Of a stretch of DNA of 64,000 nt, positions 12,316 through 25,639 are shown in pieces. The notes below the pieces were generated by a model that saw nothing but the letters and a program-made list of their open reading frames with translations, did no database searches and was not told the origin of the DNA. Positions within the stretch are counted from its first letter, which is position 1. The number at the start of each line of letters is the position of its first letter. Made by a program: the position numbers and the translations under genes. The stretch lies in the NCBI RefSeq assembly GCF_018350175.1, contig NC_058368.1, forward strand, positions 14,324,001-14,388,000, written 5' to 3'. Source of the DNA: Felis catus (lineage: Eukaryota).

Positions 12316-14250
12316 GAATTGAAGCATTTTATCTTATTTACATAAGAGAAGATTTTGTCAAAACACATTTTACAACCCAGAAATATTGTAAAGTGGTGTA
12401 TATTGGAAAGAATTTCTCTTTCACAAAAGAATGTTATCTTGCGAAATCGACTTCCAGATGTTTAGAAACATTAGAATTTTCCCTGATGTTACATTTAGCC
12501 GAAATTGAAATGATACTAAATTTCCATTCTGCCCATTCTCTTCCAGTGATGGAGAAGTATATATTACGTGCATTATCTAAACATAATACTCTAAAGCAAA
12601 TTCTGATGCTAACTTTGTTGAGAAAGCTGTTCTTTTCATTCGAATGTCTAAGATATTAATAATACTTACATTCTAAAGATACCAATATACAAAATCACAA
12701 ATGCATGCCAAATACATTGATGCTTATGTAGTTTTATTTAATGATGTCTTTAAATGAATATTACGGTTATTGGGGAAAAACAGTTTTTAATGTAAGCTGT
12801 TTACATTCCATTGAGTTTCACAAACACTTCATGGCACCTGTCTCCAGGCCCTCCTTCCTGTCTTCAGGGAGCATCTAATCAATGGAGGAGTTGAAGGCTC
12901 ATACTGTGTTTTAGTGAATATAAACAGAGAAATGACAGCATGGCAGAGGGAAGATTAATCCCAACCGAAGGAAAGAAAACATTTATTTGTTGAATACCTG
13001 TTGTTTGTTAGGCATTCTGCTAAGACCTTACATGCATGAATTATCTTGAGGTGTTTTGGTTTTTTTTTTAAATTTTAATCCTCACATCAGCCTAGTTTTT
13101 TTTTTCCCCCTCCTTTACATAAATCTTAAAAGCATTATTATACACAATAAAATACTGGCTGTATTCTTTTTCAATTTTAAGTTATATGCTTAGTAAACTC
13201 TTTTAATACTCTCTGGTTAATTTTTTATTTTACCATAATTTTAACAAACATTTTTGAAACCTTATTATATAAATAAGCTTCACACACTTTAAAGTATTTT
13301 AATATCCACTGTCTCATTTTAACATTGCAATAATACTATAGGAGTTTGGTTGATAGATACCTATTCCTCCTTCACAGTTTGAGAAACTGAAGTTAAGAGA
13401 TTGGTCTAAATATGTTTTCAAAATATGCTCTTAATAGATGTTAGAGGGGAAAAATAAAGTAAGAATTGCACACCTCATAGCCCAGGTTCTTCATTTTTGA
13501 GGAAGCTATAAAGGACATAAAGAGTCAAGTGACTTCTGTATTGTGCATATAAAAAAATGATTACTATTTGAATTATGCTTATATTTTCATGTGCTCATTC
13601 AACAAATGTTTGTTGATTTCCACTTTGTTTGGTATTTGGCACATATCTAATTAAAGTCTTATCAGGATAACACCTAAATGAAAGAATCCAGAAAATACCA
13701 AAAAATCGTAATATATTTTGACTAATTTGTTAGATACAAAGCTTATACAGAAAAGGGAGTAATCAACTAAACTGAATCTTGAAGGACAAGGCAGATAAGA
13801 GAATTCCCTGTGAAAGAAATTACATATGTCAGATTTAAAAGCTTGAAAAAGTATTGCATGTTTGGGACCAGACACATCCAATTCTTGGGGGATATGAGAT
13901 GTGAAGATACCAAACCAATGAAATAGTGAGGTTAAATAAGTAGGGGGCAGACCATGAGTCATAGATCATGTATTTAATTGTGCAGGTCGATTAATACTGA
14001 AATTGTATTCTTAAATAGTAGATTTACATTAGATAGGTAAATAGATGCATAAACACATGCATATATCATTTTTAATAAATAACAAATTAAAGCCATATTT
14101 CTGTACTCAGTGAAAAATAAATAATAGCGTAAAACTGGTAAGAAGCTGATGCTGTGCTAAAATTGGCTTATTACGGGTTTATATCTTTTCTCTGTGTGTT
14201 AGTCACATATATATAATTTATAGCTTACTTATGGCTGTAAATTACTTTTT

Positions 14251-14644
14251 TTTTCAATATATGAAATTTATTGTCAAATTGGTTTCCATACAACACCCAG
14301 TGCTCATCCCAAAAGGTGCCCTCCTCAATACCCATCACCCACCCTCCCCTCCCTCCCACCCCCCATCAACCCTCAGTTTGTTCTCAGTTTTTAAGAGTCT
14401 CTTATGCTTTGGCTCTCTCCCTCTCTAACCTTTCTTTTTTTTTTTTTCCTTCCCCTCCCCCATGGGTTTCTGTTAAGTTTCTCAGGATCCATATAAGAGT
14501 GAAAACATATGGTATCTGTCTTTCTCTGTATGGCTTATTTCACTTAGCATCACACCCTCCAGTTCCATCCACGTTGCTACAAAGGACCATATTTCATTCT
14601 TTCTCATTGCCACGTAGTACTCCATTGTGTGTAGAAACCACAAT
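14251..14644 (-). mobile_element. 5'-truncated young felid LINE-1 (L1_Fc-like 3' end)
   Basis: ORF 14482-14706 (-) contains HTMEYYVAMRKNEIWSFVATWMELEGVMLSEISHTEKDRYHMFSL, the L1 ORF2 C-terminus. TSD TGTAAATTACTTTTT at 14236-14250 and 14645-14659. Confidence 0.94.
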
Positions 14645-14885
14645 TGTAAATTACTTTTTATCTTTGTTAGTATAGATGTTTCAGAGCTGTATAGAATATT
14701 CATCAAATAATTTCTGAAACAAATAAACTACAATGTGCTCTTTTTCTTTATATTAACTGTTAATAGTTATCAATAATAATTTAAAAGAGGACGTGATGGG
14801 TAAATGAAATAACTTCTTTTGCCTAGATTGTCCTGACTCTCCAGATGGACATATTCTCTGAGTATTATTAAGATAAGTGAATGTC

Positions 14886-15098
14886 GGGGCGCCTGGGTGG
14901 CGCAGTCGGTTAAGCGTCCGACTTCAGCCAGGTCACGATCTCACGGTCAGTGAGTTCGAGCCCCGCGTCAGGCTCTGGGCTGATGGCTCGGAGCCTGGAG
15001 CCTGTTTCCGATTCTGTGTCTCCCTCTCTCTCTGCCCCTCCCCCGTTCATGCTCTGTCTCTCTCTGTCCCAAAAATAAATAAAAACAGGGAAAAAAAA
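14886..15098 (+). mobile_element. Young felid Can-SINE (SINEC_Fc-like)
   Basis: Near-identical to the copy at 4143; TSD AAGATAAGTGAATGTC at 14870-14885 and 15099-15114. Confidence 0.96.
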
Positions 15099-15276
15099 AA
15101 GATAAGTGAATGTCTTCAACTTGTCATTTCTATATTTAACATATTTAATGATAATACATTATAGTAGTAATATTAAAGTATAGAAACAATTCTAGAAACA
15201 TTTTAGTTCTCTTGTTACTTCGGTTTTAGAATATACTGTGTTTCACATGGATCTTGTTTATTAATAAATTTAATGA

Positions 15277-15487
15277 GGGGTCCCTCAGTGGCTTAGTCGG
15301 TTAAGCATCCAACTTCCGCTCAGGTTGTGATCTCACGGTTCGTGAGTTCGAGCCCCACGTTGGGCTCTGTGCCAACAGCTCAGAGTCTGGGGCCTGCTTC
15401 GGATTCTGTGTCTCCCTCTCTCTCTGCCCCTCCCCCACTCATGCTGTGTCTCTGTCTCTCAAAAAATGAATAAATGTTAAAAAAATT
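15277..15487 (+). mobile_element. Can-SINE
   Basis: Head, B box, CT tract and tail present; TSD TTAATAAATTTAATGA on both sides. Confidence 0.93.
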
Positions 15488-16843
15488 TTAATAAATTTAA
15501 TGAAAGAGGAGCTTTATTTAGGTTCATATAACAGATTATTCTACATTAGATAACATTTTCACATACAGCGCTTCAAACATATATTTACTAAGAAATCTAA
15601 TGAGTATAGAATGTCTTCCTGTAGTTGTTGTTTGTAACACAATGTGGAAAATAATGTAAGAGTAACTTTGGATTTGGATTAATCTATAATTTGGTGGCAT
15701 TTTTTTTGTTTCTGAACCTTCCCAACTTATGGCATTTTGATGTTTTCTTAGAAAATAAGTATATATGTGTATACTATCCAATTTTACACACAATTAACAT
15801 TTTCAAATCTAAGTAGGGAGTTCTTATGGTCTGTAGTATTTGCTTGTTAATTTCTTGATGAATGGTTAAAGAGGCCAAGAAGTGCACTCAGTCCAACATG
15901 TCTTCTGAAGACAGATGATCTCAAATAAATTCTCTTCCCAATCAGATTTTGATTTGTTGGGTGTTCAACCAATTCTTTCCAAGGACAGTGTTTATAAGCC
16001 TTGTAATGAGACAGCCCTTTGAGACCTTACCTCTTTTTGCCTGTAATTTTGATGAATGAATCTCTAATTCATAAAAGGTATTGTGATTGAAAAGCACCTT
16101 TGGATCTTGTACACTTTAATTTAGATAAATGTTTGGTGCGATACCACAAAATCAGGAAGTTTACTGAGCTACAGACTGATAACACTTCCAACAGTTCAGT
16201 GTGTTGGTACAGATTAGTTTACTATCTATCTTTTAAAGGCATGATTGTTTTACTACTTTAAAACCAGAGATGATAAAATTGAAAGCTTAATATGCATTTC
16301 AGAGTTTACCTTCCTTTGACTACATTTATTTTATTTGTAGATTTTAATAACACAAGAGTAATGTAAAGCATTTTTCTTAATGACAAAGCAGATTAAACAT
16401 GATTGTGTACAAGGTAAAACATGTTTTATCAGGCTGACTCACACTTAAAGGGTTTAACTGATTATTTCATGTAAAGAACCAAGTTCCCTTTTGTGTAAAT
16501 ACACAGATTCTCCAGTTTGCCCCCAAATTGGAGGCAGATCAACCAGAATCTCTGAGAAATCTTAGGATCTTCAGATTAAGAAATATCCAGAGGTGACGTT
16601 TATGTCTCAGTTCATCCATTTGTTTAGCGTTTAGGAGGGCTCACTCTGTGTCAGGCAGTGTGCTAAGAACTGAGAAGACAAAGACAGAAACATGTTGCCA
16701 GTGATCAAGGAGCTTTCGGGCTGTGTGGAGACAACAAGCCAACAGCCAATTCCAATACCTGTAACTCCAGTAGTAGGATTTGCAAGGGTGGGGGAAGCAT
16801 AAGGGAAAAAGCACACAAACTTAGCTTAAGAAATCTGCGAAGA

Positions 16844-17475
16844 GGGGTGCCTGGATAGCTCGGTCAGTTAAGCGTCTGACTCTTGGTTTCCCTCAGGTCA
16901 TGATCTCATGGGAGTGAGATCGAGTCCTGGCCTTGGGCTTTGCCCTGGGCCTGGAGCCTGCTCTCTCCCTCTCTCTGTGCCCCTCTCCTGCCCCCCCCCC
17001 ATAAATAATAAAGAAAAAAATAAGAGAAATCAGAGGGGTGCCTGGATGGCTCAGTTGGTTAAGTGTCCCAACTCTTGATTTCAGCTCAGGTCATGATTTC
17101 ATGGTCTTGTGAGTTAGAGCCCAGCATCAAGCTCTGTGCTGACAGTGCAGAGCCTGCTTGGGATTCTCTCTCCCTCTCTCTCTGCCCCTCCCCTGCTCTT
17201 ACTTGCTGTCTCTCTAAAAAAGCAAACAAATAAATAAATAAATCAGAAATCAGAAGGGCGCTTGGGTGGCTCAGTTGGTTAAACATCAGAGTCTTGGTTT
17301 CAGCTCAGGTCATGATCTCATCATTTCATGAGTTTGAGCCCAAGCATCAGGCTCTGCACTGACAGTTCAGAGCCTGCTTGGGATTCTCTCTCTATCTCTC
17401 TCCCTCTCTCTCTGCCTCTCCCCTACTTGCACTGTCTCTGTCTCTCTCAAAAATGAATAAATAATTTTTTTCTTC
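16844..17475 (+). mobile_element. Three head-to-tail Can-SINEs (starting 16844, 17035, 17256), inserted in an L2 remnant
   Basis: Three GGG(G)YGCYTGGRT heads, each with a CT tract and A tail; AGAAATC(A/T)G motif at each junction. Confidence 0.92.
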
Positions 17476-17910
17476 AATAAGAGAAATCAGAGAAGTGAAC
17501 ACAGAGTGGGTAGACTTGAACTCATTCAGCGAATGTTTGTTACATGTCCCCTGGGTACCAGGCGCAGAGGCTGCAGAAACAAGGCCATAATCTAATGGAA
17601 AGGACAAACACATAACAGATTAACACCTGTACAGTGTAGCTGAGTTCTATGTAAGCTGTGAAAGCACAGAGTGGTTGGCTAAGAAAGGCACCTAAAGGAG
17701 GTAATTTGAAAGATCAAATAGGAATTAGCCCAACAAAGGAGGAATGAAGGAACACACCATACAGAGGGAATAATATTAGCCCTGGGTGAAAAGGTCCGAG
17801 CACGTATTTTGGAAGCTGTAACTGGTTCAGTAATGGTGATAGGGGAGTAAGAAAATATAATGCAAAACTGGTAATGAGGAAAAAAGGCCTAGACCAGCTG
17901 TGCTAAGGAG

Positions 17911-18131
17911 TTTATTTTTTTATTTTTTTAACGTTTATTTATTTTTGAGACAGAGAGAGACAGAGCATGAACGGGGGAGGGGCAGAGAGAGAGGGAGACA
18001 CAGAATCGGAAGCAGGCTCCAGGCTCAGAACCATAAGCCCAGAGCCTGACGCGGGGCTCGAACTCACCGACCGCGAGATCGTGACCTGGCTGAAGTCGGA
18101 CGTTTAACCGACTGAGCCACCCAGGCGCCCC
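17911..18131 (-). mobile_element. Felid Can-SINE
   Basis: Ends GACTGAGCCACCCAGGCGCCCC; CpGs retained. Confidence 0.95.
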
Positions 18132-20085
18132 AAAGAGTTTAGATTTTGACTCCTATCATGTAAGACTTGCATTGAATGTTGTTGATTGGGAGGAGTTAGT
18201 AAACAATATTCAGCAGGAAAATATCAATTTATTTTTGCTTTGTAATAATCACTCTGACAAAAACATGGGGATAGAGTGAATAAGGGAGCTTTTGAAGACC
18301 TCCAGTCTAAAACAACAGGAGCCTGAGCTGGGGCCATGGCAGTCACCTTCCAGGATGACCCCCAAGGTTTGTGGCTTAAGTAAGTGGGTGTATCAAAACA
18401 GGGAGAGGTGGAGAAGCCAGAGATGATTCATTCAGTTAGGGAAATGTGGAATTAGGAATATCCAACTGCAGATGTCTAATAGAGATATGGCTTCTCGGTT
18501 ATTAATCATTGGATTTGCGTCTTTTGTTCTCAGATGATGCAAGCTCTGAGTTGCTCAAATTAAGTTACTACCCAAGAAGCAAACAAGTTATAAAGATAGC
18601 TACCCCCAGAAGAGTTCTGTTTTACTGGCTTTATATCACCAAGAAACCAAATAAAATTAAGATAAGATTCTGGAGCATTCAGTAATCAGTCCTGCTTTTA
18701 TTCCAGAAGTAAGAATCATCTGTGGGCCTGTGAAAGAATATACATATAACCTGTTTAATTCCTCTCACCTCCCACATAGCATTAATTTGTAATAATATTG
18801 TTTGTTTCTGAAGTATTTATCAAAATATGTTTTAACAAATCTATTACTTTATGCTGTTCTAATTGCCATTATCCAGTAAGAGCTAGGATAACAGACCGTA
18901 CCTCTCTGACAGTGACATTCTACAGTGCTATTATGATATGACCGTGTTCCCCGTATGTTTTTTATTCCTCCACGTGCTACTTTTGAGCCAACTTATTAAC
19001 GTCTTAAGCAAACAGAATTTGCTCTGTGTCGCTGACAGAAACAAGTGTGTAAGTTGCAATGAAAGGCTAGCTCTTTTCCCATGCAAGTTTTACAGCGGCT
19101 AGATGTACTTCTGAGGAAATGGTCGAGCAGATATCACAGACATTAATGGACTATTAATATGCAAAGTCCTATATTGAGGCTGGGAGAATGGACCAAAAGT
19201 ATTGCTAATTGTTCACTGTAGAGAATTTTGGCTAAAGGTGTGATAGGTTTGGAGAGTTATTGCACATGTACACAAACATCATAACAGCCCCTAGAACTCT
19301 GATGTGACACCACCATGCAGCAGTGATGTATTAGGCTCCCATTTTCAGGAATATTTCCACCATGCCTAATGACGTGTAGGTATTTTCCCAGGAAATGCTG
19401 CTTCCTTGAAGCCTATATGCTAATACTACAGCTAGAACACATTAAATTACATTTTCTTCCAGAAGAAATTCCTCCTTCAAGTGATATGAAATAGAGGTAT
19501 TTTTTAGCTATCTATATACATAGATAGCTAAAATATACATAGATAGCTAAAATATATGTATGTTTACATATATATACATACACACATATATATATGTGTG
19601 TGTATGTGTGTGTATGTATATATATAAGTTTACTTGCTCTTCAGATCATTTGAGTCATCATCACCTGCCAAAGCGGGTGGCTGAAGTGGCTGTTCTTAAG
19701 GTATTTTAATATAATGTAGAAATTTACTGAATTATATCCATTACGCAGTCAGATCCATGAGAGATTCAAATGCGTTGTAATTTGTAACCTTAACTGATTG
19801 CCATGTTAATGCTAGGTCAGCTTTGGCTGTATTTCAATTTTTCTGACTTACTTTGTTTTTATATATTTGGCCTTCTATACTATTTTATATAACAAAATAA
19901 GGCTATCAGTTTAGAAAAACTATTGATTTCACTAACTGTTAATAGCAATTGTGCAGCACATTTTATGTCTATACTAGTCCTAACTCCACCTGTTTGTAGC
20001 TTCCCAGTGACAACCACTTCTCTCTTCAGATGTGGATGCGTTCTTGTTTTCTTCATACTTCTGTACTTTCAAAAATGATCTGATT

Positions 20086-20265
20086 GGGATGCCTGGGTGG
20101 CTCAGTCAGTTAAGCAAGTGACTTTTAGCTCGGGTCATGATCTCACGGTTCAGGAGTTCAAGCCCCACATTGGACTACCGAGCCTGCTTGGACTTCTCTC
20201 TCTGCCCCTTCCTCACTTGCACACTCTCTCCCTCTCTCTCAAAATAAAGAAACTTTAAAATTTTA
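20086..20265 (+). mobile_element. Can-SINE
   Basis: GGGATGCCTGGGTGGCTCAG head; AAAAATGATCT on both sides. Confidence 0.9.
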
Positions 20266-20691
20266 AAAAATGATCTCGTCTAATGATTATCCAATTCACA
20301 CAAAAGTACAATTGTGTAGAATTGTGTACTTTTATGTATCAGAAAGCCAAGTTTGTGGGGAGGTGCAGATTTTTTATAGAAAGTGGTGATCTTAGAGCCC
20401 TGAGACATGGGTCTGTAGAGTCCTTTCTCCTAGGCCAACTCCTAGGTCTCCACGAGACATGAACTTTCTCGGCCTGCTTCCTCATCCATGAGATGAGGGT
20501 AGGTGATTACACCCCCCACCTTTCTCAAAGCTATTCTGAAAGCAAACCAGATGAAGGGGAAAATGTTCTCTAATTCTGTAATTGTGAAGTCATATGTAAG
20601 TGCAGCATAAAATTATAAGAAAGTAATAGGTTGTTTTTTATACAAAAAGCCAAGCAATCATGATCACCCATATTATTTTGGTTGTGATTAG

Positions 20692-20835
20692 GCACTGAAG
20701 AAGATGTGGTCAAGTCCAAGAAAACCTTCAGAAGTCAAGCAATAGTGAATCAGAACGCAGAGACAGAACTTATGCTGGAAGGGGATGATGATGCAGTCAG
20801 TTTGCTGCAGGAGAAAGAAATCGACAATCTTGCAG
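20692..20835 (+). CDS. NBEA: NBEA internal coding exon, 144 nt: (G)TEEDVVKSKKTFRSQAIVNQNAETELMLEGDDDAVSLLQEKEIDNLA(G)
   Basis: Acceptor ttgtgattag| at 20691/20692; donor GCAG|gtaaat at 20835/20836. Phase 1-1, continues the frame of exon 110-234. Not shown in the ORF track. Confidence 0.93.
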
Positions 20836-21464
20836 GTAAATGTGTAAATATTTTTCTTCTATTTGTTATGAGTGATAAATAGACACAAAATTCCTGAACT
20901 GGAGATCTGTCTCCTGGTGAATGAGTTTGTACCAGTGGTTGGAACGAGGCTGAATCTCGTGAACATTAATCATTTACTTTATATCGTTTCTTGTATTGGA
21001 GAGAAGAAAGTACATACCAAAGAATTATGTATTTTACTACTAATAATTAAATACTGTACCTACTCTCTTTGTAATGAGGAGCAACATTTTAATGTGAGAT
21101 AGTGTATAGCATAAATTGTCCTCTCTAACTGCCTGAATAATTGGAAGGGGGGACAGAATGCTAGACTCATCAACATACATGTGACTCCAACATGCTAACG
21201 GCTGTGAAGAACAGCCACCTCAGCCCCGAGACCATCGAATTTGCCATTTTTTTCCCTGCTGTCACTTTTGGGACTGTCCCTCCCCACTCCTGTTTTTTTT
21301 TTTCTCTATCCCCACACTACTAACCCCCACATTCTTTCACCTGTCTGCCCTCAGTTTCCATCTTGTCCTATGCTGGTCTAAGGTCAGTTCAGAGCAGTAC
21401 CTGCCATGACCATGTGGGATATGGATATCTCAGAGTGTTGGCCTATACCCTTGTTTGGGTTTTA

Positions 21465-21605
21465 AACCATCTTTGAGACTCTGATGAAAACAGGTTGCTT
21501 CACGAAGGTGCACATATAATTTTGTACACAATTTCAGGGGGTTCACTGACCCCTGGAAACCAGTCCATAGAATCATATCCTGGATCTCAAGTGAAAAACT
21601 CCTGC
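21465..21605. mobile_element. Ancient hAT-type MITE remnant (MER-like; family not assigned)
   Basis: CTTTGAGACTCTGATGAAAA...ACAATTTCAGGGGGTTCACTGACCCC...AAAAACTCCTG resembles recalled hAT-Charlie MER consensus sequences. Confidence 0.5.
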
Positions 21606-21787
21606 TTTAGAGTCAAAAAGTGGCTGAGTCTTCCCTCAATTCTGTATTTTCAGTCCATACCACGGTGGGGAGGCAGGTGCCAGTAGAGAAGTGGACTTGT
21701 ATTCATCATTCTGTTTACAAAATAGCACTTCTGTTTCCAGAAATGTGCTGAAAATGATCTGGCATGCTTTATGAAAACCTCCAGTGA

Positions 21788-21922
21788 GGGCCACCTGGGT
21801 GGTTCAGTCAGTTAAGCATCTGACTCTTGATTTTGGCTCAGGTCATGATCTCAGGGCTCATGGGATGGAGCCCCACATCGGGCCCTGCACCACCAGCACA
21901 GAACCTGCTGGGGATTTGGGGA

Positions 21923-21980
<58 letters not shown>

Positions 21981-22013
21981 ATAAATAAATAAGCTTTAAT
22001 TAAAAAGAAAAAA
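21788..22013 (+). mobile_element. Can-SINE with long (CT)n
   Basis: GGGCCACCTGGGTGGTTCAG head, (CT)n at ~21927-21977, A tail. Confidence 0.92.
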
Positions 22014-22703
22014 GAAAGCCCCTGGTGATGGTTTCTACCAGTTAGAGATTTCTCTTTTTCCCAGAGGTGTTCTTATTAATTGTAAACTAGAGGTGGCACA
22101 TTATTCTCCCTCTTCTATAAAATGTTTAATAAGGTTATTCTAATGCCAGCTCCTGCATATACCTAGTCTAGTCACTGACGTTTCTGTATCATGAAAATTA
22201 TGTGTTCCATTTGGAACTCATCCTAAGTCTATGTACAAATGTTTGCCTTGAATTCCTAGGTAAGTGTTGAAGTTTTGGTTTTGTTGTTTTTGTGGTTTGT
22301 TTTACTAGTTCAAAGATTTACTCTGAGGCCATTTGGAAGTTTAAGCAAATGAAGTCTGTGATTTCTTTTTCCCAAAGATTTGTTTTCTCTTTTCCCGGTC
22401 TTATTCTTGATCCTAAAGACGTAGAGAAAATTTATAAACATGTTTTGTTACCTTTTTAGATAATGTGTTGTCTTTCCTCATTCACATATGGTAATAAATA
22501 TGTTCAATAATTATACAATTTAGTTTATACTCTCCATTATAAAAGTAATTAATTAGTTGATACAAATTTGGCTGGTACTCTGAAGTTTATTATAAAAAGA
22601 TTTTCCCTGTACTACCAGAGGCAAAATCCAATAAAGACTCATAACTTCTTTATGTTTCTCTCCTTTAATGGTAGCTAGAGTAATTATTAATATTAATTAA
22701 CAG

Positions 22704-22888
22704 TTTTTTTTACTTGTATTTATTTTTGAGAGACAGAGAGAGACAGAGAACAAACAGGGAAGGGACAGAGAGAGAGGGAGACACAACATCTGAAGCAGGC
22801 TCCAGGCTCCGAGCCATCAGCACAGAGCCTGACGTGGGACTCAAGCCCATGAACCATGAGATCACGACCTGAGCCACCCAGGCGCCCC
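22704..22888 (-). mobile_element. Can-SINE with an internal deletion in the head
   Basis: Ends CTGAGCCACCCAGGCGCCCC; flanked by TATTAATTAA. Confidence 0.92.
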
Positions 22889-25366
22889 TATTAATTAATA
22901 CTTTAAACAAAATTCCCAAAATAACATTAAGTTAAAATACCTACAGGACAATGAAAGTATGCTTGCAGTAAATTAGTTAAAAACCTAATTATGTGGCTCT
23001 TGACCAACTCACTGTCAAGACTCTTCTAACTTCAGTCTTTTAAACAGATTTTTCTTTGAGCAGATCCACTCCTATCTATTTCCACCTGGTTCTAATTCAT
23101 ACTATTTTTGCAGAATGCCTGTGTCCGATAAATCTTACAAACTGTCCTAAAATATTGATCCCTGATCTGGTCAGTAATGTTCATCTTTAAAACAGCAATC
23201 CATGAATGTGACACTGAGCTTTGAATGCAGTAGAAAAGAAGGAGGGGATGGATGTTTTGTGAAGGGAGAAGTAAAGGTAACAGAAATAGTCTGCATAATA
23301 TATAGGTATATAGGTTCATCTTGTAAATGCTGAAGCCTGTTTATTATCTAGACTGGCGGGATAGTTACAGTGTCACAGAGAAATCATTTTTAGAAGCTAA
23401 TTACAAACCACTATTCTTAGATTTAAGAGGTTAATAAAATTGTGGACCACCTAAATATGTAACTTTTTGGTTGTCTTTGTCTCAAAAACTAAAATTTATT
23501 CAATAATAGTGGCTTTCTTGTATATAACTTAAAGTTCTATATATCCAAATAGTGCTAAGCTGCCTTTATAAAGAGTGCTTCTGTATCACAGGAGATGTAC
23601 ACTCATTAAAATCCAGGACATCCTAAAATTAGTATAATCTGATACTGTTGTCTGGAAATATTATGTAAGATAACAAATGCCCATTTTCCATTTCTGGGAT
23701 TAAAAATTACAGGTTGATCTTTTCATGATTTAGTGATAGGACTTGCATATCAGTAATGTAAGAAATGTACCTTCAAAAGTATACAAGTACTTAAAAGTTC
23801 TTACATTTTAGAGTTTCGTTGAATGAAGGCACCATTTTTATAATAATAATGGTAAACCTAAGCCTGCCGATTAGCCTAATTCATTTTCTTGTTCTTACAA
23901 AGCCCTGTTTTGCTGATAGGCACACAAATGAGGAGGCCATGCATTATAATTTGTCAATATGCAATATTTCTTATGAGTCAAGTTAAATTCCAAGAAAAAA
24001 AATACACTAATTAGAATAGAAAACTAAGGAAAGTACTAATTTGGTTAAGATTAATTCTATTTTGTGGCTTACAAGACAGGTTCAGTTTTTGTTTATAAAA
24101 AGAAAAAAAAAGAAGAAAAGAATAGCTAGCATGGCTTCCTAAGAACCAGGCGGTGTTCAAAGAGCTTTATATGCAGTAACCTATTTCATGTTCACACTAA
24201 CCCTATGACCTAGATACTATTATTACCCTAATTTTACAAATGAGGCTTTAGAGGCCAAGACAGATTAATTTGCTTGTGTAAGATTAAAAAGTAAATAAAA
24301 TAATGTATTTCCTCTTAAATACATAGTTTATGGTTTGAATTGAAATATACCAAATACTATATTTAAATATGCATGTGTATATACTTAAAGACCCTCCTAA
24401 AATAATGTCAAAACAAGATCCTCAGCTTATACCTCCATTTTTACATTGGTCCATTATACTATATTTAGAAGTCTTTGAATATGCCCAATAATTAATTTTG
24501 GTTTTATATATCAGTTCTCTAAAATCATTCCGGTAAGTTAAGAAAATTTGGTAGAGTATTTTTTAGCACAATTTTATTTGCATTTTGACTCCTTTTTTTC
24601 CCCATTTTCTTTGGAGTTTTCTAGTTTTAATAAAGATAAAATGGTCCACAAATTTTACAGCTTTAAATGTCATACAATTTTCTGTTTCACTTTTTAGTTC
24701 CCTTTCTTCCCAAGCTGTTCATCTCAAGAGGCAAGTTAAATGTGTGTGATTATTAATTACTCAATTTATTATTCATTGTAGCAAGTGGCTAATATAATTA
24801 TAATATAGAAGTATGCAAATCAGTTAAGTAATTATTATATTAATAACACCTAACTTTATTTTAATTGCTTTTTTTAGTTTGTAGTGATTCACCAAAGTGA
24901 ATTAGCACCTAAGATTCCATACATAACTAAAAATTTCAATTTACTAATTATATTGTTACTTAAAACATTGTAATTAATATAATTTAACTGATTTTAATCT
25001 AAAACCCCGATATACATTTTAATTTGAAACTTACTTTGCCAAGTTATTTCTTCAAATAATTATTAAGTAACTGAAATTTAAGATTAACTCAAATTTATAT
25101 GAATTGACAAGTGAATGATTTACTTCAACTGATAGAATTGTGTACCACTGATAAAACGTACCTCCTTTTTTTAGGATGGTAGTTCTGTCACATACACTGA
25201 GTGAAAGTACAAATATTTTCCATAACAGATTTGGAATTTGTACAGATTTCTTTATTGTTACTTACAAATATTAGTCATTTTGCAAAGTTAGGGAATTCTG
25301 GGTTCATGTTGATGATGGTCACTTATGGTTCCATCAGTTCTGCAAATTATCAAAAAAATGTTTTAT

Positions 25367-25496
25367 CTGTGTAAGCTCTTTTTACCAATAATCCACCCAT
25401 CCATTCCTACACCAATATCCAAACTTCTTAACTGTGTAAGCTCTTTTTACCAATAATCCACCCATCCATTCCTACACCAATATCCAAACTTCTTAA
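25367..25496 (+). repeat. Perfect tandem duplication, 2 x 65 bp
   Basis: CTGTGTAAGCTCTTTTTACC...AAACTTCTTAA at 25367-25431 and 25432-25496, identical base for base. Confidence 0.97.
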
Positions 25497-25639
25497 CCAG
25501 AAATATCCTTCACATTTTTCCATTCTACACCTTCCCTTGTATCACTTATCAAAATCTCTACCCATTTTTTATACGTATTTTAAACACTTCATGAAGTATT
25601 CACTGGCCAGTTTTGTCACCCCATAACCTTTGTGTGGTA

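Noticed and set aside
25367..25496. CRISPR-like or minisatellite array
   Set aside because: Only two adjacent units, no spacers, eukaryotic context.
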